Shown: positions 9,758 to 19,325, numbered from the stretch's first letter. The stretch: DNA of 64,000 bases from an uncultured virus (IMG/VR IMGVR_UViG_2667527788_000005) (IMGVR_UViG_2667527788_000005); one strand, 5' to 3'. Notes: generated from the sequence alone by a model not told the origin. Translations and numbers: made by a program.

Positions 9758-10582
9758 ATGACCGACGAAATCCGCACCGAGGCAGACGCTGTCGCCGAAC
9801 TCACCAACGCGGCGGAGCGGCACCGCACCGAGCAGGTAGTGCCCGACACCGCGCACATCCTGTCGTACGTCACAAACGAAGACGAACACCGCGAGTTCGA
9901 CTCGTTGGAGCGGTTCCTGCCGAACCCACGCCGCGACCGCGGCACCACCACCGTGCTGGACGTCGACAGCTTCAACAAGCTGAGCGACGGCGCTCTGCAA
10001 CTCGACGCCGTCGCGTACGCCGACCGCAGCCCGAGCCGCATCACCGCGGTCCTGAACGACAAGGGCTGGCGTGACCACCGCATCGTGGTGGCGTTGCAGC
10101 TGTCTCGTGAGTGGAACCACTGGGCGGCGGCTGACGGCAAGCTGCTCAACCAGATTCAGTTCGCCGAGCACATCGAGGACGGCCTGGCGGCCATCACCTC
10201 GCCACCGGCAGCGGACCTGATGGAGGTTGTGCAGAACTTCCAGACGAAACGCAAGGTCGAGTTCCAGTCCGGCCACCGCACCCAGTCCGGCGAGGTGCAG
10301 TTCCAGTACAAGGAGGAGGCCACCGCGACCGCTGGCGGCAAGGGCGGACACATCGAGGTGCCCGAGCACTTCACCCTCCGTATCCCCGTCTATGAGCGCG
10401 GCGACGTGTACGACCTCACCGCGCGTCTGCGGTTCCGCATCGGACAGGACGGCTTGCTCCTCGGCTACAAGCTGGACCGTGCCGGGGACGTCAAGGACGC
10501 AGCGTTCGACGCCGAGGTGGCGAAGCTGGCCGTCATCAAGTCCGTGTTCGGTCCCGCGCCCGACACGATCCGCGAGCTGTGA
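9758..10582 (+). CDS. DUF2303 (YfdQ-like) protein
   Basis: ITAVLND..WRDHR, QFAEHIED, PEHFTLRIPVY, ARLRFR. Confidence 0.82.
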   Translation: MTDEIRTEADAVAELTNAAERHRTEQVVPDTAHILSYVTNEDEHREFDSLERFLPNPRRDRGTTTVLDVDSFNKLSDGALQLDAVAYADRSPSRITAVLNDKGWRDHRIVVALQLSREWNHWAAADGKLLNQIQFAEHIEDGLAAITSPPAADLMEVVQNFQTKRKVEFQSGHRTQSGEVQFQYKEEATATAGGKGGHIEVPEHFTLRIPVYERGDVYDLTARLRFRIGQDGLLLGYKLDRAGDVKDAAFDAEVAKLAVIKSVFGPAPDTIREL

Positions 10583-10980
10583 GCAGGAGGAAGGAGTTCC
10601 CGTTGGTGGCGGTGTTAGCCGTCACCAACGGACTCCCTGAAGGCGCCATCTGCACCGTGGTGCAGGTGCAGGACCTGTTGTCGCACATGACCGGCAACCG
10701 CATCTTCTTGCACCAGATACCGCGTGCGAAGGACGTGTGCGGCAAGTTCCTCCGCGACCAGCACACCTGGCTAGACAACACCTGTCCTTCATCGGAGCAG
10801 CTGGCCGACGTCGCCAAGTTGCGGCGCTGGGCGAATGCAGTCCAGAAGGTGCGCGGCGAAACGGTGAAGGTAAGCGTGTTGCCCGGGGACGCCTACACGT
10901 ACATGGACCCGATCATCGAGAACGCGGTCAACATCAAGGCCGCGGAGCAGGCCGCCAAGGAGAAGGCGGCAGCACAGTGA
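10579..10980 (+). CDS. Hypothetical protein, paralog of 29251..29637
   Basis: LLSHMTGNRIFLHQIPRA motif. Confidence 0.72.
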   Translation: MSRRKEFPLVAVLAVTNGLPEGAICTVVQVQDLLSHMTGNRIFLHQIPRAKDVCGKFLRDQHTWLDNTCPSSEQLADVAKLRRWANAVQKVRGETVKVSVLPGDAYTYMDPIIENAVNIKAAEQAAKEKAAAQ

Positions 10981-11255
10981 CCACTCACACCGCCACCGGC
11001 TACCTGATCTTGGAGGCGTCCCGCGGCTACCGCACAGGCGACGACGGACTCAAGGTCGTCAACGGCCTGCGCATCGCCGGGTACCGGGCCAACCGTCCGG
11101 CGAAGCTGGCGCGCGACCAGATCACCGTCAAGGTTGGGGTCACCGTTGATGCTGCCGAGTTCTCGCCCATAACAGCAGAAATCGCGATCACCCTCGACCC
11201 TTCCCAGATCATCCACCCCGTCGTCGACGCGCTTCACCCGGGCGAGCACGGATGA
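10977..11255 (+). CDS. Hypothetical protein
   Basis: GTGA coupling. Confidence 0.65.
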   Translation: MTTHTATGYLILEASRGYRTGDDGLKVVNGLRIAGYRANRPAKLARDQITVKVGVTVDAAEFSPITAEIAITLDPSQIIHPVVDALHPGEHG

Positions 11256-11719
11256 CACTCGTGCGGCTGGAACTGGTCGGGGAGAAGGACGACCGGCTGA
11301 CTGTCACCGCGGACAAACTGACTGACCACTTCGCGATGCATCCGGCCATCATGGTCGACACCGACACGGGCGAGAAATTCCTCAACCCCGCGGTGTGGTC
11401 TCTAACCCACATCGCGAGCGGCAAAGAGGTCGTGAAGCTCTACCAGGAAGACCCCATCGAGTGCCCGGGGGAGCCGCGCGCTGTCGACCCTGACGTGGCC
11501 GCCGAGTTCGCTAAATGGTTGGAGCAGCAGACCAATTGGGATGCGGAAGTGCCAAACGTCGGCACGGACGTTTACCGGCAACTGTTCCTCTACCAAGGCG
11601 ACATCAACCACTGGGCTGAGCCACCAGCCTGCGACAAGTGCGGCAAGCCAAACGCGATAACCGGCACACACATGGGCGTCAAAGCGTCCCTATGCCACGC
11701 CTGCGAAAACAACACCTAG
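11252..11719 (+). CDS. Hypothetical protein, C-terminal Zn ribbon
   Basis: CDKC...CHAC. Confidence 0.65.
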   Translation: MTLVRLELVGEKDDRLTVTADKLTDHFAMHPAIMVDTDTGEKFLNPAVWSLTHIASGKEVVKLYQEDPIECPGEPRAVDPDVAAEFAKWLEQQTNWDAEVPNVGTDVYRQLFLYQGDINHWAEPPACDKCGKPNAITGTHMGVKASLCHACENNT

Positions 11720-11727
11720 GAGCCCTG

Positions 11728-12024
11728 ATGGCGACCCTCACACAGGCCGACATGTTCCCCACAGCCAAACGGAACACTCTCAACTACCCGGGCGACGTCG
11801 CCGACCACGTCATGAGCGTCAACCAGCGATGGGGGCCGGACATGTTCGGCGCCTTCTATACGCCCGTCGCCGCTGTCTACCGCCCCGAGTCCGACCAGAC
11901 CAAGGTCACCTTCCGGTCTATCCCACGCCCACAACCACAACGCGCCCACCGGCGCGACGAGATCCCAATGGCACATCCGGATGGCAACCGACGCCAGCGC
12001 CGACACAAGGGAAAGAAACATTGA
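11728..12024 (+). CDS. Hypothetical protein
   Basis: RBS AGGAG. Confidence 0.62.
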   Translation: MATLTQADMFPTAKRNTLNYPGDVADHVMSVNQRWGPDMFGAFYTPVAAVYRPESDQTKVTFRSIPRPQPQRAHRRDEIPMAHPDGNRRQRRHKGKKH

Positions 12025-12386
12025 CCACCAACGATATTGAGCGCGTCGCGAAGGCAGCCACCGACTTCACTAACCGGCTGCTCAATGGCGTAGCCACTCG
12101 CATCGAATCGTTCGTCCAGAGCGTTGATACCGAAGCACTGGCCGACGCGATAACCGGCATGCGGGCCACCGTGTCCCCGGGCGCTAATCCTGCGCCAGCC
12201 CAGGCCATGTACGTCGGGACGGCGGTGCGGTGCGTTACCTGCCAGGGCGTGTACCGCGTCAAGAGCGATGGACGTAACCCGCTGTGGGTATGCCAGCCGT
12301 GCGCGCGCCAATGGTGCCGCTGGGACGGTGTCACACCGCAGGTTTCAACACACCTACAGGTTGTTGGGGCGGGGGAGAAGCGATGA
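12021..12386 (+). CDS. Hypothetical Zn-ribbon protein
   Basis: TTGA coupling; CVTC...CQPC. Confidence 0.58.
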   Translation: MTTNDIERVAKAATDFTNRLLNGVATRIESFVQSVDTEALADAITGMRATVSPGANPAPAQAMYVGTAVRCVTCQGVYRVKSDGRNPLWVCQPCARQWCRWDGVTPQVSTHLQVVGAGEKR

Positions 12387-13351
12387 CCGCCACCGGCCCC
12401 AACAACCACCACTGGCTCCGCAAGTGGTTGCGCCTGGAACCGCACCAACCAATCGGTGCAGATGGTGAACCGCCATATCTGTTGCGCTGGTATGTGATTC
12501 CACGCAACAGGTGGCTTAACATCTACCTCCACAAGTTCCTGCGCGACGACGATGACCGCGCCCTGCATGACCACCCCTGGTGGTTCTTCTCCCTGATGCT
12601 GTGGGGGCAGTACGTCGAGGTCACCGAGCGGGGCCGGTCCGTCCGGTCGGCCCCAGAGCCGTGGCGCCTGTTCTGGGGCGACCGGCCGCTGGCATTCCGG
12701 CGCGGCACATGGCGGCACCGCGTCGAGCTGGTACCGGCCGCGACGCACTCAAACCAGTTCCTCGCGCGCCGCGATCAGCGCAAGCTCCCGTGCTGGACAC
12801 TCATCGTGACGGGGCGGCGGGTACGCCTTTGGGGGTTCTGGTGCAAGGACCGCGCGGATGAAACCAACGTCGACAACGCCATAGACCGCATGCGCGTGCG
12901 CCGCGGTGAGGTGTTCGAAGTAGACCGGTTTATCCCATGGGACGAGTTCGGGGCGGCTGGGTGCGGTGAGCCCACAACGGTGGACGAACAGCAGCGACCG
13001 AGCACGTCACCCACCCGCGTAATAGACGCAGCACACCTGGCGCGACAGCGTGCATTCAGCCTCGCAACCTTCGGTCCGGGTGCCCGAACCAACGGAGTCT
13101 TGGACCACATCGGCAAAGAGCTGGACGAGATACGAGATGCGCCGCAAGACATCTCTGAATGGGTCGACGTCATCATCCTCGCGTTCGACGGAGCATGGCG
13201 TGCCGGTTGGGAACCGCAACAGATCATCGACGCGATCCTTGCGAAGCAAGCCAAGAACGAGATGCGTGTGTGGCCTGACTGGCGGACCAGCGACCCGGAC
13301 AAGGCCATCGAGCACATCCAATCAGATGTCCAGTCGGCGGCACAGGACTGA
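12383..13351 (+). CDS. Fusion of cupin-like domain and DUF550 (MazG-like dNTP pyrophosphohydrolase)
   Basis: N: LHDHPW...HRVEL..TL; C: TFGPG..GVLDHIGKELDEI...SEWVDVIILAFDGAWRAG...RVWPDW. Confidence 0.75.
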   Translation: MTATGPNNHHWLRKWLRLEPHQPIGADGEPPYLLRWYVIPRNRWLNIYLHKFLRDDDDRALHDHPWWFFSLMLWGQYVEVTERGRSVRSAPEPWRLFWGDRPLAFRRGTWRHRVELVPAATHSNQFLARRDQRKLPCWTLIVTGRRVRLWGFWCKDRADETNVDNAIDRMRVRRGEVFEVDRFIPWDEFGAAGCGEPTTVDEQQRPSTSPTRVIDAAHLARQRAFSLATFGPGARTNGVLDHIGKELDEIRDAPQDISEWVDVIILAFDGAWRAGWEPQQIIDAILAKQAKNEMRVWPDWRTSDPDKAIEHIQSDVQSAAQD

Positions 13352-13824
13352 TGAAGATCATTGACACGCACCGCCAATGGGCCACCGTCTGCGTCGATTG
13401 CCCGGCCGACGGCAACAACCCTGACGACGGCAAGACGTGGGAGTTCCCAGGCACAGACGACGGCAAGGAGCGTGCGGAAGCGTTTGCCGCACGCCATAAG
13501 TCGTTACAAGGCCACCGCACCCACGTCAACGAGCAGTACACCGTGACGGCCGCCCGTTTCGACGACGGCCTCGGCTACCTCGCGGTAGGCGATGCCGGAG
13601 ACACCGAGGCATCCATCGGCAAGAAGGTTCTGCTTCCAACGGTATTCACCGGCAGGCCCGCCGTGTACTTCTTGGCCGACTGCCAACAGTGCGACGGGAA
13701 TGCGATCCCATTCGGCACCGAGGAAGACCGCGACCTCTGGGCCGACGGCCACCACAAGGGCACCGGCCACGATGTCACGCCATCCGTCGAAGTACGACCG
13801 GACGAAGGGGACTGCGCACCGTGA
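13351..13824 (+). CDS. Hypothetical protein with two C2H2-like modules
   Basis: CVDC...H....GH and CQQC...H....GH. Confidence 0.65.
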   Translation: MKIIDTHRQWATVCVDCPADGNNPDDGKTWEFPGTDDGKERAEAFAARHKSLQGHRTHVNEQYTVTAARFDDGLGYLAVGDAGDTEASIGKKVLLPTVFTGRPAVYFLADCQQCDGNAIPFGTEEDRDLWADGHHKGTGHDVTPSVEVRPDEGDCAP

Positions 13825-14024
13825 GCAAGACAGTCGATATCCGTACTGGCACCTACACCACCAGCGGCGGCATCACCTTCAACGTCAGCGACACGGACCT
13901 CGGCGACTGCGGGGTTACCGACTGCAACGAGCCCGCGATGGTCGATATGGACCTCGACGGCGCAGGCGGTAAACGATGCCCCACGCACTACCAACCATGG
14001 GCTGAAAACCCAACGGAGACATGA
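13821..14024 (+). CDS. Small Cys-containing hypothetical protein
   Basis: GTGA coupling; C-x4-C...CPTHY. Confidence 0.55.
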   Translation: MSKTVDIRTGTYTTSGGITFNVSDTDLGDCGVTDCNEPAMVDMDLDGAGGKRCPTHYQPWAENPTET

Positions 14025-14620
14025 CTATGACACCAGAGAAGATGCTGGAAGTAGCGACACGCAATCACCGTATGACCATCCTGCGAGAAGAAGGCTTGTA
14101 CCGACACATTAGGTTCGCCGAACCTGGTACCGGCATATGGCGTTTCGACCTTGTGACATGGCCCGGTCACCTGGTGATCACCGGGGACCTGGAGGACTAT
14201 CACTTCTCGCGACTGCCCGACATGTTCGAATTCTTTCGCCATCCCGTCGGATACATCAATCCGTCCTACTGGGCGGAGAAACTCTGTGGGCCAACCCGGT
14301 CCATGTCCTTCTCGGCGGAGTTGTTCAAACAGCTGGTGTATCAGTACTTCCGCGAGTGGTGCCAACAGAACGGCGGACCACACCGGCCGTTGTGGTGCGC
14401 GATATGCGAAGAGGTGATGCGCGACGAGTACGGCTATGACGACGTGGTTGACGAGAGCATGGCGCACCACGCGTTAACACGTTTCCGGCACGGCGATTTC
14501 GAATTTGTCGACAGCTGGGAGTGGGAACTAAAAGACTACGACTACCACTTCCTGATAGCGCTGCACGCCATTGTGTGGGGCATCAACATGTATGACGCCG
14601 CGAAGGCTGCGGTGGCGTAA
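14021..14620 (+). CDS. Conserved hypothetical phage protein
   Basis: GLYRHIRF..FDLVTWPGHLVITGD...YWAEKL. Confidence 0.75.
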   Translation: MTMTPEKMLEVATRNHRMTILREEGLYRHIRFAEPGTGIWRFDLVTWPGHLVITGDLEDYHFSRLPDMFEFFRHPVGYINPSYWAEKLCGPTRSMSFSAELFKQLVYQYFREWCQQNGGPHRPLWCAICEEVMRDEYGYDDVVDESMAHHALTRFRHGDFEFVDSWEWELKDYDYHFLIALHAIVWGINMYDAAKAAVA

Positions 14621-15669
14621 TGGGTGATAAGACGGGCATCGAATGGACTGATGCCACCTGGAATCCAATATCAGGGTGCGACAAGGTATCTCCGGGATGC
14701 GATAACTGCTACGCGGAAGCGCTCTCTGAGCGATTCCGGGGCAAAGCCGGGCACTATTACGAGCGGGGTTTCGATGTTCAGCTGCGCCCCAACATGCTTG
14801 AGCTACCGCTGTCCAAGAAGTGGGCGGACCCTCGTCGCATCTTCGTAAATTCAATGTCAGACCTATACCACGACGCAGTCCCACACACCTACCTCGCCCA
14901 GGTGTACGCCGTCATGGCCTTGGCGCCCCAACACATATTCCAGGTGCTCACCAAGCGCCACGGCCGAATGCACTCCGTGCTGACGTCCAATGACCTCAGC
15001 CGAAAAGGCGCCGGTCTGAGCCTGGAAGCCATGGTGCGCAACGTTGTCGACAATTGGCGGGGTGCCCAGGAGCGCATGGACTGGCCCAAGGGCGATGACC
15101 TCGTTTGGCCCCTCCCCAACGTGCACCAGATCGTCAGCGTTGAGGACCAGAAACGGGCCGAGCTGCGTATCCCGGTGCTGCTCGAAACCCCAGCTGCGGT
15201 GCGTGGCATCAGCGCCGAGCCGCTGCTCGGCTCGGTCGAACTGTTATCGACTGGACTACTCGCCCGGGACGAGTACGGCCGCGGTATCGACTGGGTGATC
15301 GTCGGCGGCGAGTCCGGCCACGGTGCACGGCCGATGCACCCGCACTGGGCCAAGTCCCTACGCGCACAGTGCTTGCAGGCCGAAGTCCCCTTCCTGTTCA
15401 AACAGTGGGGCGACTGGACGCCCCTGGCCCCGTTGAAAGACGGCAAGTTCGACTTCTCCAAGGGCATCGTGATGACCGACGACGGAAACACCTACAACCG
15501 TGGTGATCTCACGTGGCCCGACGGCCCACGCGTCGGTGAGGCGATACGAGCCGACTACCCGCATCACAACCCGACCTCTATGTACCGGGTCGGCAAGAAG
15601 AAGGCGGGGCGGGAGCTGTACCACGACGGCCGAACCTTCGACGGATACCCCGAGGCGGTGACGGCATGA
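14620..15669 (+). CDS. DUF5131 (phage Gp37/Gp68, radical-SAM-like) protein
   Basis: IEWTDATWNPISGCDKVSPGCDNCYAE, FVNSMSDL, SAEPLL, WVIVGGESG, FKQWG. Confidence 0.88.
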   Translation: MGDKTGIEWTDATWNPISGCDKVSPGCDNCYAEALSERFRGKAGHYYERGFDVQLRPNMLELPLSKKWADPRRIFVNSMSDLYHDAVPHTYLAQVYAVMALAPQHIFQVLTKRHGRMHSVLTSNDLSRKGAGLSLEAMVRNVVDNWRGAQERMDWPKGDDLVWPLPNVHQIVSVEDQKRAELRIPVLLETPAAVRGISAEPLLGSVELLSTGLLARDEYGRGIDWVIVGGESGHGARPMHPHWAKSLRAQCLQAEVPFLFKQWGDWTPLAPLKDGKFDFSKGIVMTDDGNTYNRGDLTWPDGPRVGEAIRADYPHHNPTSMYRVGKKKAGRELYHDGRTFDGYPEAVTA

Positions 15670-16295
15670 CGACAGTCTGGTTCACATCCGACCTCCACAT
15701 CGGCCACATGCTGGTGGCGCTGGACCGTGCGCAGCGCGCCGGTGTCATGGTCGCGCGGCTGATACCGCAGGAGGTTGCCGTCGCATGGAACGACGGCCTC
15801 CTCGCCCACAACTGGGACGCCGTCGTGCAGCCGCACGACCAGGTATGGGTACTGGGCGACCTCAGCGCCGGATCGTCTGAGGCGCAGCGGAACGCGCTGG
15901 CATGGATGGCGGAGAGGCCTGGCGAGAAGCACCTGGTGGCCGGTAACCACGACCGGGTGCACCCCATGTATCGGGACGCCCACAAGTGGCAGCGGCAGTA
16001 CCTGGCGGTGTTCCAGTCGGTGCAGCCGTTCGCGCGCCGCCGCGTCGGCGGCCACACCGCGCTGCTGTCGCACCTGCCGTACCGCGGCGACCACACCACG
16101 GAGCAGCGGTACAACCAGTACCGGCTCCGCGACGAAGGCGAGTGGCTTCTACACGGGCACACCCATTCCCGCGCCAGCTTCCTCCCACATGTGCACCAGC
16201 GGCAGCTCCACGTGGGCGTCGACGCATGGCACATGGCGCCCGTGAACATCGACGTGCTGGCTGACGGCATAGAGCAGCTGGGAGCCGAGTGGTGA
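15666..16295 (+). CDS. Calcineurin-like metallophosphoesterase
   Basis: SDLHIGH, LGD, GNHD, HGHTH, VGVD. Confidence 0.9.
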   Translation: MTTVWFTSDLHIGHMLVALDRAQRAGVMVARLIPQEVAVAWNDGLLAHNWDAVVQPHDQVWVLGDLSAGSSEAQRNALAWMAERPGEKHLVAGNHDRVHPMYRDAHKWQRQYLAVFQSVQPFARRRVGGHTALLSHLPYRGDHTTEQRYNQYRLRDEGEWLLHGHTHSRASFLPHVHQRQLHVGVDAWHMAPVNIDVLADGIEQLGAEW

Positions 16296-16645
16296 GCGGC
16301 GGCAGCTTCAACTACCTGTACGCGGACGACCTAGACGAAGTCATGTGCCACATGTCCACCCTCAACGACATGGCCGACGCCCTCGACTCGTCCTTTCCGG
16401 GGACTCGCGCCGCACGGGACACCCGTGCACTCATCGCCCGCATCAACGAGGCGTTCACCGCGTGGGAGTCCGACCAGATGAAGGCACTACGGGACGTCTG
16501 GCACGACGTCGAGTGGTGGACATCCATGGACTACAGCCGAGATAAGGCGCAGGCGGCCGTCGACAACTACCGCAGCAACCACAACGGGCTGCTCAGCTGG
16601 GCGCCCCTGTCCGGCAACGCAACCCATGACAAGGAGACAGCGTGA
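16292..16645 (+). CDS. Hypothetical protein
   Basis: SGGSFNYLY start; coupled. Confidence 0.68.
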   Translation: MSGGSFNYLYADDLDEVMCHMSTLNDMADALDSSFPGTRAARDTRALIARINEAFTAWESDQMKALRDVWHDVEWWTSMDYSRDKAQAAVDNYRSNHNGLLSWAPLSGNATHDKETA

Positions 16646-17058
16646 ACCTCAACGCGACACTGGACACTGGCGCACCGGTCCAGACCCCGCCGGAAGTTCC
16701 ACCTGAATATCTGGACGGCCGTGTGACCGTAAGTGACACCGAGCTGGCCGCCATGATCGTTTGGCTACAGAAGGAGATACCCGACTTCCCAAAGAAGCTG
16801 GAGTACAACACCGCCAAACACTTAGTGGTCGGGTTGCTCCGCGCCCTGAACGTCAAGCGCCTGGGCTACGCCGAGGGCAGCGTAGCCGTACACACAGACG
16901 GTCGCCTGGCCCGTCGCTACTACTCGGCCGCCGAGAAGCGGTTGACCTGGTTAGTGATTCAACCTCCCAGTGACGCGCAACTGGAGGTAGACAGCGGCAC
17001 GGAGCTGCCAGGTTTCAGCTGGACCGTCCACCCTGTGGAATGGGCCGTGACCCAGTGA
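16642..17058 (+). CDS. Hypothetical protein
   Basis: RBS AAGGAG; coupled. Confidence 0.65.
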   Translation: MNLNATLDTGAPVQTPPEVPPEYLDGRVTVSDTELAAMIVWLQKEIPDFPKKLEYNTAKHLVVGLLRALNVKRLGYAEGSVAVHTDGRLARRYYSAAEKRLTWLVIQPPSDAQLEVDSGTELPGFSWTVHPVEWAVTQ

Positions 17059-17789
17059 CCGCGTCCTACACATTCAACACCCGCCCTGTGCAACCGGGTC
17101 CGGTCGTCGACTTCTTCGACTACGCCGACCTCAAGTGCATACCGGCAACCCCTAACCTGGAACGTGCCAGCCTCCAGAACGCCGTCCTGTTCGGCGGCCC
17201 CGCTGTCCGGCGGTGCTTGGAGCAGGCGCCCATTGTCGGTGATCACACACACGTGCACGTCGACACGAAGGTGTCGCTGCTTCTGCCCGGGTTCATCCCT
17301 GCGATACCCGGCTGGCACACCGACGGCGTACCGCGGCGTAACGCAGACAAGCCGGGCGAGGAGACCAGTCTTATGTCGGCCAGTGCGTCCAACACCGGCG
17401 CTCCGTCGCTGGCGGCACAAACGCTCCTGGAGGCGCGGGGCTACCGGCCCCGATTCCACACCGTCCACGTCGGCAACGACTGCCCCACGCGGTTCATGCG
17501 GCACCCGTACGTGGTCGGCCTGGAGCACAGCGGGGACTCCGGCCTGTACCGCGAGTTGACACAGAAGGTGAACGCGGCAGCACCGCGCATGGGCAACGAT
17601 GACTTCCTGGACGCTCCACTGGCGCAATGGATGTCGTGGGACTGGTGGAACATCCACACCGCCACCCCGGCCGAGACCCGCGGCTGGCGCCTCCTGATAC
17701 GCGTCACCGAGTCCGACCAGCCGCCCCTAGACACTGGCTTCATCCGATCCCAGACCCAGGTGTACGTGCCCACGGAGTTCGGCTGGTGA
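17055..17789 (+). CDS. Putative 2OG-Fe(II) oxygenase-fold protein
   Basis: PGWHTDG (HxD) ... IHTATPA (distal H) ... GWRLLIR. Confidence 0.65.
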   Translation: MTASYTFNTRPVQPGPVVDFFDYADLKCIPATPNLERASLQNAVLFGGPAVRRCLEQAPIVGDHTHVHVDTKVSLLLPGFIPAIPGWHTDGVPRRNADKPGEETSLMSASASNTGAPSLAAQTLLEARGYRPRFHTVHVGNDCPTRFMRHPYVVGLEHSGDSGLYRELTQKVNAAAPRMGNDDFLDAPLAQWMSWDWWNIHTATPAETRGWRLLIRVTESDQPPLDTGFIRSQTQVYVPTEFGW

Positions 17790-17791
17790 GC

Positions 17792-18169
17792 ATGCCCCAA
17801 CGTATTCAGTTGCGGCGTAGTGCGGGCTGGCGGAAACCGGAAGGCGCGATCAGCGTTACCCGGCCCGGGCGATGGGGCAACCCGTTCAAGGTCGTGTGCG
17901 CCGGTACGGAGCCCGGCCTTTTCAGCCGCCGTCGCGAACGTGTCTGGACCGTCGCGGGGCCAGGAACATTCTTCCAGGGCACCGGGACACACGACTGGGC
18001 AGCCGCCTACGCAGTGCGCCTGTACCGCCGCTGGCTCCTCGGCTCCATGAAACGCGTGGAGGACCTGGTGCCACTTCTCCGAGGCCACGACCTTTGCTGC
18101 TGGTGCCCACTTGACGCCCCCTGCCACGCCGACGTCCTACTCGAGCTAGCCAACCAGAAGGAGACATAG
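17792..18169 (+). CDS. DUF4326 protein
   Basis: RPGRWGNPF...LRGHDLCCWCP..PCHADVLLELAN. Confidence 0.85.
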   Translation: MPQRIQLRRSAGWRKPEGAISVTRPGRWGNPFKVVCAGTEPGLFSRRRERVWTVAGPGTFFQGTGTHDWAAAYAVRLYRRWLLGSMKRVEDLVPLLRGHDLCCWCPLDAPCHADVLLELANQKET

Positions 18170-18171
18170 CT

Positions 18172-19122
18172 GTGCCGCGCGACCATGGTCGGATTCTGAC
18201 AATCATCTGGCGGGACAAAGACTTTCAGCAGCGCTCGGTGGAGGCACAGCGCATGTACATGCTCCTGCTGTCGCAGCCGAACGTGAACAACGCCGGAGTC
18301 TTGCCGCTGCAACTGAGCAAGTGGGCGAAGGGCTGCGACCAGACCAGCGTCGCCGATGTACGCCGCGCTACAAGCGAACTCGCCGAGCACCTGTATGTGG
18401 CGTACGACGAGGACACCGAGGAGTTGCTGGTCCGCTCGTACATACGCAACGATGGCGTGCTCAAGCACAAATACCTGTTCGCGAATGCTCTGAAATGCGC
18501 CCAGGCCGTCGAATCCCCGAGCCTGCGTGCCGTGCTGGCGGCCGAGTTGCGGCGCACCCGTCGTGCCGATGCGGTGACGGTCGCCAACCAGATTGACCCT
18601 TCTGGCCCGGGTCCAGACGGCACCCCGACAGACCCGAGGCCGGACGGTGACCCGACGCCCCCAGACAGTGACCTCGATGGCATCGAGATGCCATCCGAAA
18701 CCGACCCCGATGGCATCGAAAACCCATCGCAATCCGATGTGCCATTGGAATGCCATTCCGATGGCATCGCGATCACTAGGGGGAAGGGGAAGGGGAAGGG
18801 GAAGGGGAAGGGGTCACCTTGGGTAGGTGGTTACGTTGGGGAGGCGCCCACCCGCTGCCCCAAGCACATCAACGACCCACATCCCCCAAACTGCCGTGAC
18901 TGCATGACAGCCCGGCTGGCAGCGGAGGCAGCCGCCGAGGAGGCAGCCGAACGTCAGAAGTCGGACCGGGCAGCAGCCCTGGCCCGGCGGGAGGCGTGCA
19001 CCCGCTGCCAGGGCGGCGGCTGGATCGAGGCCGACGACGGTTCCGGCGTCCTGCCCTGCACGTGCCGTAAACCCCTACAGCTCGTCCCACACCCCGCAGA
19101 CGCGCGGAGGGCAGCCGGATGA
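18172..19122 (+). CDS. RepA-like replication initiator
   Basis: IWRDKDF..LLLSQP N-terminal domain, iteron-bearing linker, GKGKGKG, C-terminal Zn motifs. Confidence 0.72.
   Translation: MPRDHGRILTIIWRDKDFQQRSVEAQRMYMLLLSQPNVNNAGVLPLQLSKWAKGCDQTSVADVRRATSELAEHLYVAYDEDTEELLVRSYIRNDGVLKHKYLFANALKCAQAVESPSLRAVLAAELRRTRRADAVTVANQIDPSGPGPDGTPTDPRPDGDPTPPDSDLDGIEMPSETDPDGIENPSQSDVPLECHSDGIAITRGKGKGKGKGKGSPWVGGYVGEAPTRCPKHINDPHPPNCRDCMTARLAAEAAAEEAAERQKSDRAAALARREACTRCQGGGWIEADDGSGVLPCTCRKPLQLVPHPADARRAAG
18675..18813 (+). repeat. Iteron-like repeats and (AAGGGG)5 tract, putative origin
   Basis: CGATGGCATCG at 18675, 18708, 18759; inverted GATGCCATC at 18687; AAGGGG x5 at 18784-18813. Confidence 0.65.
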
Positions 19123-19325
19123 CCGCCAGCGAGACGTCACGGGCATTTCAGGCCAAGTACCCAGACCAATGCGAGGACTGCGACGAGCCCGTCAACGTCG
19201 GCGACTGGGTCCGGTACGTCGACGACGCCCTCATCCACACGGACTGCCCCAACGCCGCGCCGCCAGTGGCCATCACGGACGTTTGTGGCAAGTGCTGGAC
19301 CGTGCACGCTGGGGGCTGCCTGTGA
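19119..19325 (+). CDS. Small Zn-binding protein
   Basis: AKYPDQCEDC...HTDC...CGKC. Confidence 0.65.
   Translation: MTASETSRAFQAKYPDQCEDCDEPVNVGDWVRYVDDALIHTDCPNAAPPVAITDVCGKCWTVHAGGCL

Noticed and set aside
12383..13351. 2-aminoadenine (Z) genome system
   Set aside because: DUF550 is present but no PurZ, DatZ or dedicated polymerase is seen in the window.
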